Assembly: GCA_036521155.1 (NCBI GenBank)
Contig: DATDIH010000057.1
Location: 1-58,996 of the forward strand
Source: Streptosporangiaceae bacterium
GTDB lineage: Bacteria; Actinomycetota; Actinomycetes; Streptosporangiales; Streptosporangiaceae
DNA: 58,996 nt
Direction of reading: 5' to 3'
The notes under the pieces were generated by a model that was not told where the DNA came from, did not search any database, and saw only the letters and a list, made by a program, of their open reading frames with translations. Shown in pieces: positions 12,746 to 21,957 of this stretch. The stretch's first letter is position 1; the number at the start of each line of letters is the position of its first letter. The translations under genes were made by a program, and so were the position numbers.

Positions 12746-13717
12746 TCAGGGTACCGTGATCACTTGCGCGGCGTAGCACATGCCCGCGCCGAAGCCCAGC
12801 AGCAGCACCGGACCGCCGGAGGTCAGCTCACCGCGTTCGGCCATCCGGGCCAGAGCCAGCGGGATAGACGCCGAAGACGTGTTGCCGGCGTACTTGATGT
12901 CGTCCGCGACCCGGTCCCGCGGCACTCCGATCTTGCGGGCCAGCGCCTCGACGATGCGCAGGTTGGCCTGGTGCGGTACGAACGCCTGCAGCTCACCGGG
13001 CTCGACCCCGGCCCGCTCGCACGCGGCCAGCGCGGTCGGGTACAGGGCAGTGGTCGCCCAGCGGAACACCGCCTGGCCCTCCTGGAACAGGAACGACGTG
13101 CGGTCCTTGATCACGATGCGGTCGGCGATGTCACCGGCGCTGCCCCAGACCACCGGCCCGACCACGCCCGGCGCGTCCTCCGGATCGGTCAGCGGCCCGA
13201 CCACAGCCGCACCGGCGCCGTCGGCGAAGATGATCCCCGTCGACCGGTCCAGCGGGTCCACCCAGGCCGACATCTTCTCCGACCCGATGACCAGGACATG
13301 GCGGGCGCTCCCGCTGCGGATCGCATCGCTGGCGTTGGCCAGCCCGTAGCAGAAGCCCGCGCAGGCCGCGTTGACGTCGTAGGCGCCGGGCGCGTTGATG
13401 CCGAGCCGGCTGGCCACCCCCGCCGACACGTTCGGGATCGGGGCCTCGGCGCTGCAGGTGGCCACGATGACCAGGTCGATCTCGGACGGGCTGACCCCGC
13501 TGTTGGCGATGGCCTTGCCCGCAGCGGCCACGGCCATGTCGGCCACGGTCTCCTCGGGTCCGGCGATCCGGCGGCTGATGATGCCGACGCGGCTGCGGAT
13601 CCACTCATCGTTGGTGTCCATCACGGCCGCGAGGTCGTCGTTGGTCACCACGTTGTCCGGCTGGTAGCCGCCGAAGGCCAGAATCCTGGCTCCTGCGACC
13701 GGTTCGGGGAGTCGCAT
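12746..13717 (-). CDS. fabH: Beta-ketoacyl-ACP synthase III FabH
   Basis: Catalytic triad contexts are AACAGFCYGL (Cys), VPHQAN (His) and GNTSSASIP (Asn). The ATG at 13717 gives MRLPEPVAGARILAFGGY. The 405-aa track ORF has an Arg/Gly/Pro-rich non-coding-looking extension. Confidence 0.9.
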   Translation of the reverse strand: MRLPEPVAGARILAFGGYQPDNVVTNDDLAAVMDTNDEWIRSRVGIISRRIAGPEETVADMAVAAAGKAIANSGVSPSEIDLVIVATCSAEAPIPNVSAGVASRLGINAPGAYDVNAACAGFCYGLANASDAIRSGSARHVLVIGSEKMSAWVDPLDRSTGIIFADGAGAAVVGPLTDPEDAPGVVGPVVWGSAGDIADRIVIKDRTSFLFQEGQAVFRWATTALYPTALAACERAGVEPGELQAFVPHQANLRIVEALARKIGVPRDRVADDIKYAGNTSSASIPLALARMAERGELTSGGPVLLLGFGAGMCYAAQVITVP

Positions 13718-13731
13718 GTGCTTGACCAGGA

Positions 13732-14064
13732 CTATTCGGTGCCGTCGGACGGGGCGTCGGGCAGCAGGCGCGCCACCGGCTGGCCCAGGGTCACCGGGTC
13801 GCCGTCCTGCACCAGCCATTCGATGATCGCGCCGCGCCACGGCGCCACGATGGCCTGCCGGTCCCGGCGGGCCTCGATGTACCCGACCACGGTGCCACTC
13901 TGGTTGTCCTCGGCCGCGGCGGCGTGGAAGATACCCCGCTGCGGGGCCACCACCAGCCGCCACTCGAGCAGGTCGCCCGCGAGAACGGCGCCGAGCTTGG
14001 CGTCCCAGTCGTATTCCTCGGAAACGTGGCCGGGAACAGCCCCGGTAGGCAGCGAGATGGTCAT
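13732..14064 (-). CDS. Biotinyl/lipoyl-domain-like small protein lacking the modifiable lysine
   Basis: 110 aa with high GC3. Its ATG overlaps the fabD stop (ATGA), and its stop lies 14 nt before the fabH ATG. VVAPQRGIF...GTVVGYIEARRDRQAIVAPWRGAIIEWLVQDGDPVTLGQPVARL aligns by eye to the BCCP biotinyl domain, with EAMKM replaced by EARRD. Confidence 0.6.
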   Translation of the reverse strand: MTISLPTGAVPGHVSEEYDWDAKLGAVLAGDLLEWRLVVAPQRGIFHAAAAEDNQSGTVVGYIEARRDRQAIVAPWRGAIIEWLVQDGDPVTLGQPVARLLPDAPSDGTE

Positions 14065-15059
14065 GATCCCTCCATGGGGTCAGCAGGTGCGGAACCGGCG
14101 TCGCTGCCGTATTCGGCGATCAGCTTGCGGGCGGCGTCCAGGTCGTCGGGGCTCTTCACGGCCTGCAGGGTCACTCCCGGCAGGGCCCGGCGGGCAATAC
14201 CGGTCAGCGTCCCGGCGGGCGGCAGCTCGATCAGCGCCTGCACGCCACGCTCGGCCAGGGTGTGCTGGCATTCGTCCCAGCGAACTGGGCGGGCCACCTG
14301 GCCGACGATGCGGTCCAGCCAGTCGGTGCCCGAGGTAACCACGGCGCCGTCCTTGTTGGACAGCAGCACTATCTGCGGGTCGCTGACCGTGACCGTCCCG
14401 GCCGCGGTGCGCAGCGCGTCCACCGCGGGCGCCATGTGCTCGGTGTGGAACGCGCCCGCCACTGACAGCGGCCGCAGCCGCGCCTTGGGTGGCGGGTCGG
14501 CCGCGAACGCGGCCAGCTGCTCGAGCGTGCCCGCCGCCACGACCTGCCCGGCCGTGTTGATGTTGGCCGGGGTCAGCCCGTGGGCCTCGACCGAGGCCAG
14601 CACTTCCTTCTCGTTCCCGCCCAGCACGGCGGTCATCCCGGTCGGCGTGACGGCTGAGGCTGCGGCCATGGCCCGGCCGCGCACCGCGACCAGGCGCAGG
14701 GCGTCCGCCGGGCTCAGCACGCCCGCGATCGCGCCCGCGGCCAGCTCACCGACACTGTGCCCGGCCGTGGCCAGGCCCAGCCCGGACGCCGGCAGCCCGT
14801 CCAGCAGGGCGGTCGTGGCCGCCAGGGCCGCCGCGACCAGCAGCGGCTGGGCCACCGCGGTGTCCTTGATCTCTTCCTCGGTGCCGGTCGTGCCATACCG
14901 GACCAGATCGACCCCGGCCAGCTCGGACCACCCGGCGAGCCGTTCGGCCACACCGGGGACGTCGAGCCAGGGCGAGAGGAAGCCGGGGGTCTGGGCCCCC
15001 TGGCCAGGAGCAGTAATGACCAGCACCGTCCTAGCCTGCACTGTAGAAGTTCGCCACAC
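14061..15059 (-). CDS. fabD: Malonyl-CoA:ACP transacylase FabD
   Basis: APGQGAQ N-terminal motif and active-site GHSVGE. The true start is probably the in-frame GTG at 15026 (VLVITAPGQGAQ); 15059 is the outermost start. Confidence 0.9.
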   Translation of the reverse strand: MWRTSTVQARTVLVITAPGQGAQTPGFLSPWLDVPGVAERLAGWSELAGVDLVRYGTTGTEEEIKDTAVAQPLLVAAALAATTALLDGLPASGLGLATAGHSVGELAAGAIAGVLSPADALRLVAVRGRAMAAASAVTPTGMTAVLGGNEKEVLASVEAHGLTPANINTAGQVVAAGTLEQLAAFAADPPPKARLRPLSVAGAFHTEHMAPAVDALRTAAGTVTVSDPQIVLLSNKDGAVVTSGTDWLDRIVGQVARPVRWDECQHTLAERGVQALIELPPAGTLTGIARRALPGVTLQAVKSPDDLDAARKLIAEYGSDAGSAPADPMEGS

Positions 15060-15237
15060 CCATCACGGACACGACGAAATTTCCGGGTGTGCCTTTGTAC
15101 CGTTCCGACAAATAGCGTTCACCTGGGGGTCACCAAGCTGTTGCACGGCGCTGTGAGCATGCCCGTGGCTGGCGTTGGTATAGCGTCAACTGGGCAGCAA
15201 CACGTCAATACGTCCCGATGAGGAACGGTGATCGGCG

Positions 15238-15711
15238 ATGACTGACTCCCTCAGCGACAGTTCCGTCGGCGGGGCGCCTGCTCCTTCACCGCTGAAACCA
15301 CTCGGCGAAGCGGAATGCTGGGACCTGCTCCGCGGGACCGGCATCGGCCGGGTGAGCTACTCGGGCCGGTTCGGGCCCATGATCCTTCCGATCAACTTCC
15401 AGGTCCGGGACGAGGCGATCTACTTCCGGGTCGCCGAGCACGGCCCGACCGGCGAGGACCTGCGCACCGGCATCGCGCACGCCGACTATCGCGTGGCTTT
15501 CCAGGCCGACCAGTTCGACTCGCGGACACGCAGCGGCTGGAGCGTGCTCGTGCAGGGTGACGTGCACCCCATGGAAACCGACGAAGAGCGTGCGACCGTG
15601 GCCCGGATCTGCGTCGAGTCCTGGGTCTCTGGCCCGCGTGAGCTGTTCATGCGCATCACTCCCGTTCACCTGTCCGGGCACCGCATCGGCCACGGGCCGG
15701 ACGCGGGATGA
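15238..15711 (+). CDS. Pyridoxamine 5'-phosphate oxidase-family (FMN/F420-binding split-barrel) protein
   Basis: 157 aa. The pattern CWDLLRGTGIGRVSY...ILPINFQV...IYFRV is typical of the PPOX-like family. Confidence 0.65.
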   Translation: MTDSLSDSSVGGAPAPSPLKPLGEAECWDLLRGTGIGRVSYSGRFGPMILPINFQVRDEAIYFRVAEHGPTGEDLRTGIAHADYRVAFQADQFDSRTRSGWSVLVQGDVHPMETDEERATVARICVESWVSGPRELFMRITPVHLSGHRIGHGPDAG

Positions 15712-16490
15712 CCGACCGCGACTTCCCGCAGACGGCGGTGGAGGTCAACCACGTCGAGCCCGCCCCTCGCCGGGTCCGCGGCTTCCTCGGCCAGGAGCTG
15801 ATCTTCGACACCGCCGCCGCCCGCTACGTGTGGGAGATTCCGTACTACCCGCAGTACTACATCCCGGTCACCGACGTTGATAAGCGCTTCCTGACCGACG
15901 AAGGCGTCCGCCAGAGCACTCGCCGCGGCCCGGCCCACCGCCATGGCCTGCACGCGGGCGGCCAGGACCGCCCCGGCGCCGTCCGAATCTACGGCGACGA
16001 CGCCATCCCCGGCGTGGCCGGCACCGCCCGCTTCGAATGGGCTGCGCTCGACGCCTGGTACGAAGAAGACGAGCAGATCTTCGTCCACCCCCGCAACCCG
16101 TACGCTCGGGTCGACGCGCTCCGCTCCCACCGCCGCGTCCGGGTCTCTCTGGACGGCGTCACCCTGGCCGAGACCGATACTCCGGTCCTGGTCTTCGAGA
16201 CCGGCCTGCCCACCCGCTACTACATCGACCGCACGGACGTGTCGTTCGCGCACCTGGTCCCCAGCGATACTCAGACCGCCTGCCCCTACAAGGGCGTCAC
16301 CAGCCAGTACTGGTCGGTGCAACTCGACTCGGGCCCCATCCGTCCCGAGCACCAGGATCTGGCCTGGGCCTACGATTTCCCCACCCGCCAGTTGCTCCCC
16401 GTGGCTGGCCTGGTCGCCTTCTACAACGAGAAGCTGGACATCGAAATCGACGGCCACCCGCTGCCGCGCCCGCACACCCACTTCTCCTGA
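15708..16490 (+). CDS. DUF427 domain protein (two DUF427 repeats)
   Basis: 260 aa, ATGA-coupled to the preceding ORF. The second repeat carries the hallmark CPYKGVTSQYWSV. Confidence 0.7.
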   Translation: MTDRDFPQTAVEVNHVEPAPRRVRGFLGQELIFDTAAARYVWEIPYYPQYYIPVTDVDKRFLTDEGVRQSTRRGPAHRHGLHAGGQDRPGAVRIYGDDAIPGVAGTARFEWAALDAWYEEDEQIFVHPRNPYARVDALRSHRRVRVSLDGVTLAETDTPVLVFETGLPTRYYIDRTDVSFAHLVPSDTQTACPYKGVTSQYWSVQLDSGPIRPEHQDLAWAYDFPTRQLLPVAGLVAFYNEKLDIEIDGHPLPRPHTHFS

Positions 16491-16765
16491 CCCGCGGCTC
16501 CGCCGCTCTCCAAACCCAGGTGGCCACCCGCCCCGCGACGCGCCTAACTTCGCGCAGGCCCGCACCAGGCATCCAAGATCAGTATTGGCTGCAGCCGCCA
16601 AAACCAGCACTGGCCGCACCCCGCCTCGTGAACAGCCACACGTAGTCCGTGCCCCGAGTCTCGGGGAGATTGCTTGTTCGTGGGTGTTGACGCTGCTTTC
16701 TGTCGGGTTTACGGTACCCGAGGAAAACCTATTCCCGCTGTGGGTTGATCCCCTGGGAGGCCACC

Positions 16766-19700
16766 GTGAAGCGAATCGCGTCCGTCCTGACCGTGCTCGC
16801 GCTGGCTCTCCTGGCCCTGGCCCAGGCCGCGCAGGCCTCACCCGCCCAGAGCCGCACCGCCACCCGGACCGTCGCGAAGAGTGGAGCAGGCGCCGTCACC
16901 CGATCCGGGGCGGTCACGCCGGCGACCGACCTTCCATCTGATTCAAATACCTCAGCGACCTCGGACGAGAACCTTTCCGTCGACCTTGGCGCCACCCAGG
17001 GATCATTCGGGCACGGCGCGGACGGCAGCCTCTACGGGCTGTATGACCAGGGCGTGCCGTCGGACAACCTGATCCAGGGTATGGGCCTGCAAACCACCGA
17101 CACCAAGGCGCAGGACGGCCAGCAGCACCCGGGCTCGGACGCGCTGGAGATCGCCCAGCCGTTCGCCAGCAGCGGCGGCAGCGACATCTATATCTACATG
17201 ACTGACGTGTACCGCAACTTCCCCTACGAACGCACGAGCTACGCCCAGTACCAGGGCTACCTGCGTACGGAGGTCAAGCAGGATCTCACGTCGCCCTACC
17301 GGAACCGCATCGTGCTCGTGCCCTACAACGAGCCGGACGGCAACTGGTTCGCCGGGCTGCAGAACAACGCGGCCACGCTGGCCGCGTTCGAATCCGAATG
17401 GCAGCAGACCTACCAGCTGATCAAGGGCCTGTGGCCGGCCGCCCGGATCGCCGGGCCGAACTTTTTCCAGTACCAGGGTCAGGCCCTGACCGCATTCCTG
17501 GCTTATTGCCAGCAGAACCATTGCCTGCCCAACATCATCGCCTGGCACGAGCTGAACAACCCGTCCACCATCGCGCCCGACGTGGCCGCGTTCCGCGCCG
17601 CCGAGGCCCCGCTCGGGCTGAACCTGCCGGTCAGCCTGGACGAGTACGCCGCCCGTTACCAGCTCACCAGCCCCGGCCGGATGGTCCAGTGGCTGTCCGC
17701 GATCAACGGCGCCAAGGTCAGCGGTGACCTGCCCTACTGGAACGAAAACGGCACCCTGAGCGACTCGACCTCACAGCAGAACATCCCGAACGCCCAATGG
17801 TGGCTCTACAACTGGTACTCGTCGCTGAACGGCCAGTCCGTCCAGGTCACGCCGCCGCAGGCCAACACCGACAACACCCTGCAGGCGGTGGCCGCGCTGA
17901 ACACCGCCCAACGCCAGGCCCGGATCATCCTCGGCGGCGGGCCGCCCGGGCAGGCCGACGTGACGGTCAAGCACGTCAACCCGGCGGTGTTCGGCCATAC
18001 GGTGCACGCCACCGTGTTGCAGGACGGATGGAGCGGTATGACCGGGGCAGCGGCCGCGCCGACCCGGATCGCCGACAGCGACGTGCCGGTGTCAGCCAAC
18101 GGGTCGGTGAACCTGCCGGTGGACATCACCGGGCCGCCCGGCGGCAGCGGCTGCAACGCCACCGGCGCCCGGGTGCCGGGGAAGATCGGCAACGCGGTCG
18201 CGCTGTGCGGCAACGACGAATACGTGTCGCTGCCGTCCGGAATCGTCAGCGGCCTGCACGACTTCACGGTCTCGGCCTGGGTGAACCCGTCCGTGGACAC
18301 CGCTTGGCAGCGGATCTTCGACTTCGGCACCGGCACCAACGACTACATGTTCCTGACCCTCAACAACGGCAGCGGCCAGCTCCGGTTCGCCATCACCGAC
18401 AGCGGCGCGGGCGGCGAGCAGCAGATCAACGGTACGGGCACGCTGCCGCTCAACACCTGGTCCCAGGTCACCGTCACGATGTCCGGGAGCACCGGCACGC
18501 TGTACGTGGATGGCAAGGCCGTCGGCACCAACACCGCCATGACCCTGGACCCGGCCGACCTCGGCGTCACGAACCAGAACTGGCTGGGCCGGTCCGAGTA
18601 CCCTGCCGATCCGTACTTCAGCGGCGACCTGGACGACGTCGGCATCTACTCCACCGCGCTGTCGGCCAGCCAGGTTGCGGCGCTGGCCGGCGGGCAGGCC
18701 GCCGCCGGAGACGTCGCCGACTACAGCTTCGACGAGACCAGTGGGGCCACCGCCCTCGACTCGTCCGGCAACGGCCGCAACGCCACCATCATCTCCGACC
18801 CGCAGGTGCCCACCTCGATGGATGCCTACGAAATTATCCTCAGCCCTGGCGGTACCGGTTCGGGCACCCCGGCCGACGGCACCAGCCCGCTCAGCTACGC
18901 CGCCGCGGACGCCACCATGACCGGCGCCGGCTGGAACATCAACACCGAGGGCACCCCATCCAACCTGGGCGGCTTCGCGACTTACGCCGACCAGGACGTC
19001 GGTGGTCTTCGGACCGGGTCGTCCACGGTCATCACGTTCAACGTCAACGTCCCGCAGACCGGTGACTACCTGATGCGGGTGTTCGACGGTAGTGATGCCC
19101 AGGCCTCCGACGTGTCCGGCCCGACCAACATCTTCGCCCGGGTCGACGGCGGACCGCCGGCCGAGATCTGGCTGCCGGATGCCTACAACTGGGTGATCTG
19201 GAATTACGGCACGGCTCAGCTGCATCTGACCGCAGGCGCCCATACGATCAGCCTGTCCACGGCCGGCGCAAACGGGGCAGTGACCACGGGCGACGCCATC
19301 ATCGACAAGATCGATCTCACGCCGCAGTCCGCGTCCGGTGCGGTGATCTACGAGGCCGAGCAGGCCCAGCTGGCTAACGGCGCCCGCGCCGACTATGCCC
19401 GCCAGGGCCAGTCCGGAGCGGGTGCGGCCGACATCGCCCGCGGTCAGGACGTTACGTTCTGGGTGTATTCGGCCTCCGACGGCTACTCCGACCTGGCCTT
19501 CCGCTCCCGTGGCCGGGGCGCGGCCGGGGTGAGCGTCAACGGGCTGCCGCTGTCCGGGGACCTGCCCACGGGTGACGGCCGTTCATGGTCGACGCAGACC
19601 GACCGGGTCTACCTCAGCGCGGGTGTCAACAAGGTCGTGGTGACCGGGCGCGGGGGAGCGGTCACCCTGGACAAGCTCACGGTCACCTCAGTTACTGGTG

Positions 19701-20233
19701 GGTCCTCCGGTGCTACCGGAGCGCGCACCTACCAGGCCGAGGACGGCGCCCTGGCCGGCACGGCCAAGGTCGCCACCGGCTACAGCCAGGCCAACGGCAG
19801 CGTGGTGACCGGGGTTGGCGGCGGCGCCGCGAACTCGCTCACGTTCTCCGTTCAGGCCCCGGCGGCCGGCACCTACGGCATGACCGTCCGCTACGCCAAC
19901 AACCAGGGCATCATTGCCAACCACTACAACCCAGACCTGATGACCGCCCCCGCCGACATCAGCGTCAACGGCGGCTCCACCTTCCACGTCAACTTCGCCA
20001 ACACCTTTGACTGGAACCAGTTCTGGAACCTCACGGTCCCGGTCCGCCTGCACGCGGGCGCCAACACGATCAAATTCATCGCCAACCCCCAGTACAACTG
20101 GGACAGCACCACGATCGGCTACATCTACTCCGGCAGCGACGTCGGCGACCCCCTCCGCTCCCAGACCGCTCCCAACATCGACCAGATCACCCTGGCCCCC
20201 TTCCAGGCGAAGGCCGCGGGCGCCATGCCGTGA
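16766..20233 (+). CDS. Secreted multidomain glycosidase-like protein with a LamG domain and three CBM6/35-like modules
   Basis: The GTG at 16766 lies 5 nt after GGGAGG. The signal peptide is KRIASVLTVLALALLALAQAAQA. The N-terminal ~430 aa look like a glycosyl-hydrolase-like barrel. The LamG_3 block is DFTVSAWVNP...IFDFGTG...GTLYVDGK...GDLDDVGIY. Three repeats begin Y(A/E/Q)AE(D/Q)A... . Confidence 0.75.
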   Translation: MKRIASVLTVLALALLALAQAAQASPAQSRTATRTVAKSGAGAVTRSGAVTPATDLPSDSNTSATSDENLSVDLGATQGSFGHGADGSLYGLYDQGVPSDNLIQGMGLQTTDTKAQDGQQHPGSDALEIAQPFASSGGSDIYIYMTDVYRNFPYERTSYAQYQGYLRTEVKQDLTSPYRNRIVLVPYNEPDGNWFAGLQNNAATLAAFESEWQQTYQLIKGLWPAARIAGPNFFQYQGQALTAFLAYCQQNHCLPNIIAWHELNNPSTIAPDVAAFRAAEAPLGLNLPVSLDEYAARYQLTSPGRMVQWLSAINGAKVSGDLPYWNENGTLSDSTSQQNIPNAQWWLYNWYSSLNGQSVQVTPPQANTDNTLQAVAALNTAQRQARIILGGGPPGQADVTVKHVNPAVFGHTVHATVLQDGWSGMTGAAAAPTRIADSDVPVSANGSVNLPVDITGPPGGSGCNATGARVPGKIGNAVALCGNDEYVSLPSGIVSGLHDFTVSAWVNPSVDTAWQRIFDFGTGTNDYMFLTLNNGSGQLRFAITDSGAGGEQQINGTGTLPLNTWSQVTVTMSGSTGTLYVDGKAVGTNTAMTLDPADLGVTNQNWLGRSEYPADPYFSGDLDDVGIYSTALSASQVAALAGGQAAAGDVADYSFDETSGATALDSSGNGRNATIISDPQVPTSMDAYEIILSPGGTGSGTPADGTSPLSYAAADATMTGAGWNINTEGTPSNLGGFATYADQDVGGLRTGSSTVITFNVNVPQTGDYLMRVFDGSDAQASDVSGPTNIFARVDGGPPAEIWLPDAYNWVIWNYGTAQLHLTAGAHTISLSTAGANGAVTTGDAIIDKIDLTPQSASGAVIYEAEQAQLANGARADYARQGQSGAGAADIARGQDVTFWVYSASDGYSDLAFRSRGRGAAGVSVNGLPLSGDLPTGDGRSWSTQTDRVYLSAGVNKVVVTGRGGAVTLDKLTVTSVTGGSSGATGARTYQAEDGALAGTAKVATGYSQANGSVVTGVGGGAANSLTFSVQAPAAGTYGMTVRYANNQGIIANHYNPDLMTAPADISVNGGSTFHVNFANTFDWNQFWNLTVPVRLHAGANTIKFIANPQYNWDSTTIGYIYSGSDVGDPLRSQTAPNIDQITLAPFQAKAAGAMP

Positions 20234-20335
20234 GGTGAGGCGGCCTCGCGGGTGCCCGGTGCCCGGCGGGCCATGTAGGTGTGGTCGATGCCTTCGCCTT
20301 AACGGGCGGTCGGATCGGTGTTGGGCCTGGACGTT

Positions 20336-21937
20336 TTAGTGCTCGGCGACCAGGCGGCCCAAGGTGATCGCGATCCACAGGGCGAAGCCGTCGCGGCCGT
20401 CCGTCGGCGCATACCCCGTCAACTCGGTGACGCGGCGGAGGCGGTAGCGGACCGTGTTCGGGTGGACGAACAGCATGCGGGCCGTGGCTTCCAGCGACGA
20501 GCCCTGTTCCAGGTAGGTGGTGAGCGTGTCGACCAAGGCCGGACCCCCGGCCAGGAGCGGCTCGTACACGTCGGTCACCAGCAGGGAGCGGGCGTCGACG
20601 TCGCCGTTCATGGCTCGTTCCGGTAGCAGTTCGTTGGCGCTGACCGGGCGGGGGGCGTCTGGCCAGGCGACTGCGGCGCGGAGGCCGGCCAGGGCGGCGC
20701 GGGCGGACGCGGTGGCCGAACGCAGGTCAGGGACGACCGGCCCCACGACCAGGGGACCGGCCCCGAAGCGGCCCGCGAAGCGTTCGGCGGCGGCGACCGG
20801 ATCGTCGGTGCCGCCGAGCACCATCACCAGCCGGCTGCCCTGGACGCCGGCCAGCACGTCGAGCCGGGCCCGTTTGGCGTCGGTGCGCAGGTCGTCGATG
20901 AGGCCGGCCGCCTCCTCACCGTCGATCTGGCCCGCGATCACCGCCACCGGGGAGGACGTCCAGTTCAGGGCGGACGCCCATGAGTTCAGCGACTCCTCGG
21001 TCTCGCCACGGGCCAGCGAGCCCACGACCAGGGCTTCGAGGCGGGCGTCCCAGGCGCCGCGGGCCTCGGCGGTGCGGGCGTAGACCTGGGCCGCGCCGAA
21101 CGCGACCTCGCGGGTGTAGCGGAGCACGGCCTCGCGCAACTCGGCCTCGCCGCCCGGGGCGGCGAGCTCGTCGACCTGGGATTCGACCACATCGATGATG
21201 ACCCGCACCATCTCCACGGCCTGCTGCAGGCTGACCGCGCGGGCCAGCTCGCGGGGGGCCGTGCCGAACACCTCGCCCGCCACGGCCGGACGGCTTCGCT
21301 CCGGGTGCCGCACCCAGTCCACGAACGCGGCGATCCCGGCCTGGGCGACCAGACCCAGCCAGGACCGATTCTCGGCGGACATGGCCCGGAACCACGGCAG
21401 TCGCTTGTCCATCGACGCGATGGCCGCGGTACCCAGGCGGCCGGTGGACTGCTCGATGCGGGCCACGGTTTCCTCGGCCACCCGGCTGGTCCCAGGTGTC
21501 CCGGAAGTCCCCCCAGCCCCGGATGACCCTCCCCGACGGCGAGTCCCGGGAAGCCGATGAGTCCGCCCTTTCCCGCGAGTCTCACCAGCCCCGGAATTAC
21601 TGGGAGCCTCAGCAATCGCGGAAGGCTCAGCGATCTCAGAGGCCGGGGCCGGGGCCGGGGCCCGGGTCGGGGCTGCTGGGGCTGCAGCGGTCTGAGAGTC
21701 TTCTGGGTTCGGTGATGCTTCTGGGCTGACCCCAGTAGCCCCGTTGCGCCCAGTGGTCTCAGCGGTGCCAGCGGTCCCAGCGGCACCGTCAGTATCGTCA
21801 GCCCCGTCAGGCCCAGCAGTCTCGCCCATCTCGGCCGTCTCAATCGGCGTCTCGGACGTCGCCTTTTCCGGGTCGGACGGGCGCTTGCTGCCCTTACGCA
21901 GCCGCCGCGGGGAGCCGGTCTGCTCGCTGGTGGCCAT
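20336..21937 (-). CDS. PucR-type transcriptional regulator (MabR/FasR-like) with a long low-complexity N-terminus
   Basis: The C-terminal PucR HTH is LFVHPNTVRYRLRRVTELTG. It has the same strand and relative order to fabD as Rv2242 (MabR) and SCO2386 (FasR). The first ~165 aa are Ala/Pro/Gly/Thr/Glu-rich, so the true start is uncertain. Confidence 0.75.
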   Translation of the reverse strand: MATSEQTGSPRRLRKGSKRPSDPEKATSETPIETAEMGETAGPDGADDTDGAAGTAGTAETTGRNGATGVSPEASPNPEDSQTAAAPAAPTRAPAPAPASEIAEPSAIAEAPSNSGAGETRGKGRTHRLPGTRRRGGSSGAGGTSGTPGTSRVAEETVARIEQSTGRLGTAAIASMDKRLPWFRAMSAENRSWLGLVAQAGIAAFVDWVRHPERSRPAVAGEVFGTAPRELARAVSLQQAVEMVRVIIDVVESQVDELAAPGGEAELREAVLRYTREVAFGAAQVYARTAEARGAWDARLEALVVGSLARGETEESLNSWASALNWTSSPVAVIAGQIDGEEAAGLIDDLRTDAKRARLDVLAGVQGSRLVMVLGGTDDPVAAAERFAGRFGAGPLVVGPVVPDLRSATASARAALAGLRAAVAWPDAPRPVSANELLPERAMNGDVDARSLLVTDVYEPLLAGGPALVDTLTTYLEQGSSLEATARMLFVHPNTVRYRLRRVTELTGYAPTDGRDGFALWIAITLGRLVAEH

Positions 21938-21957
21938 GCGCCTAGAGTGTCACGTCT

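Noticed and set aside
13718-13963. An N-terminal 82-aa extension of the FabH ORF (the track gives 405 aa).
   Set aside because: The extension is Arg/Gly/Pro-rich and overlaps the better-supported BCCP-like ORF in another frame. The internal ATG at 13717 gives a canonical FabH N-terminus.
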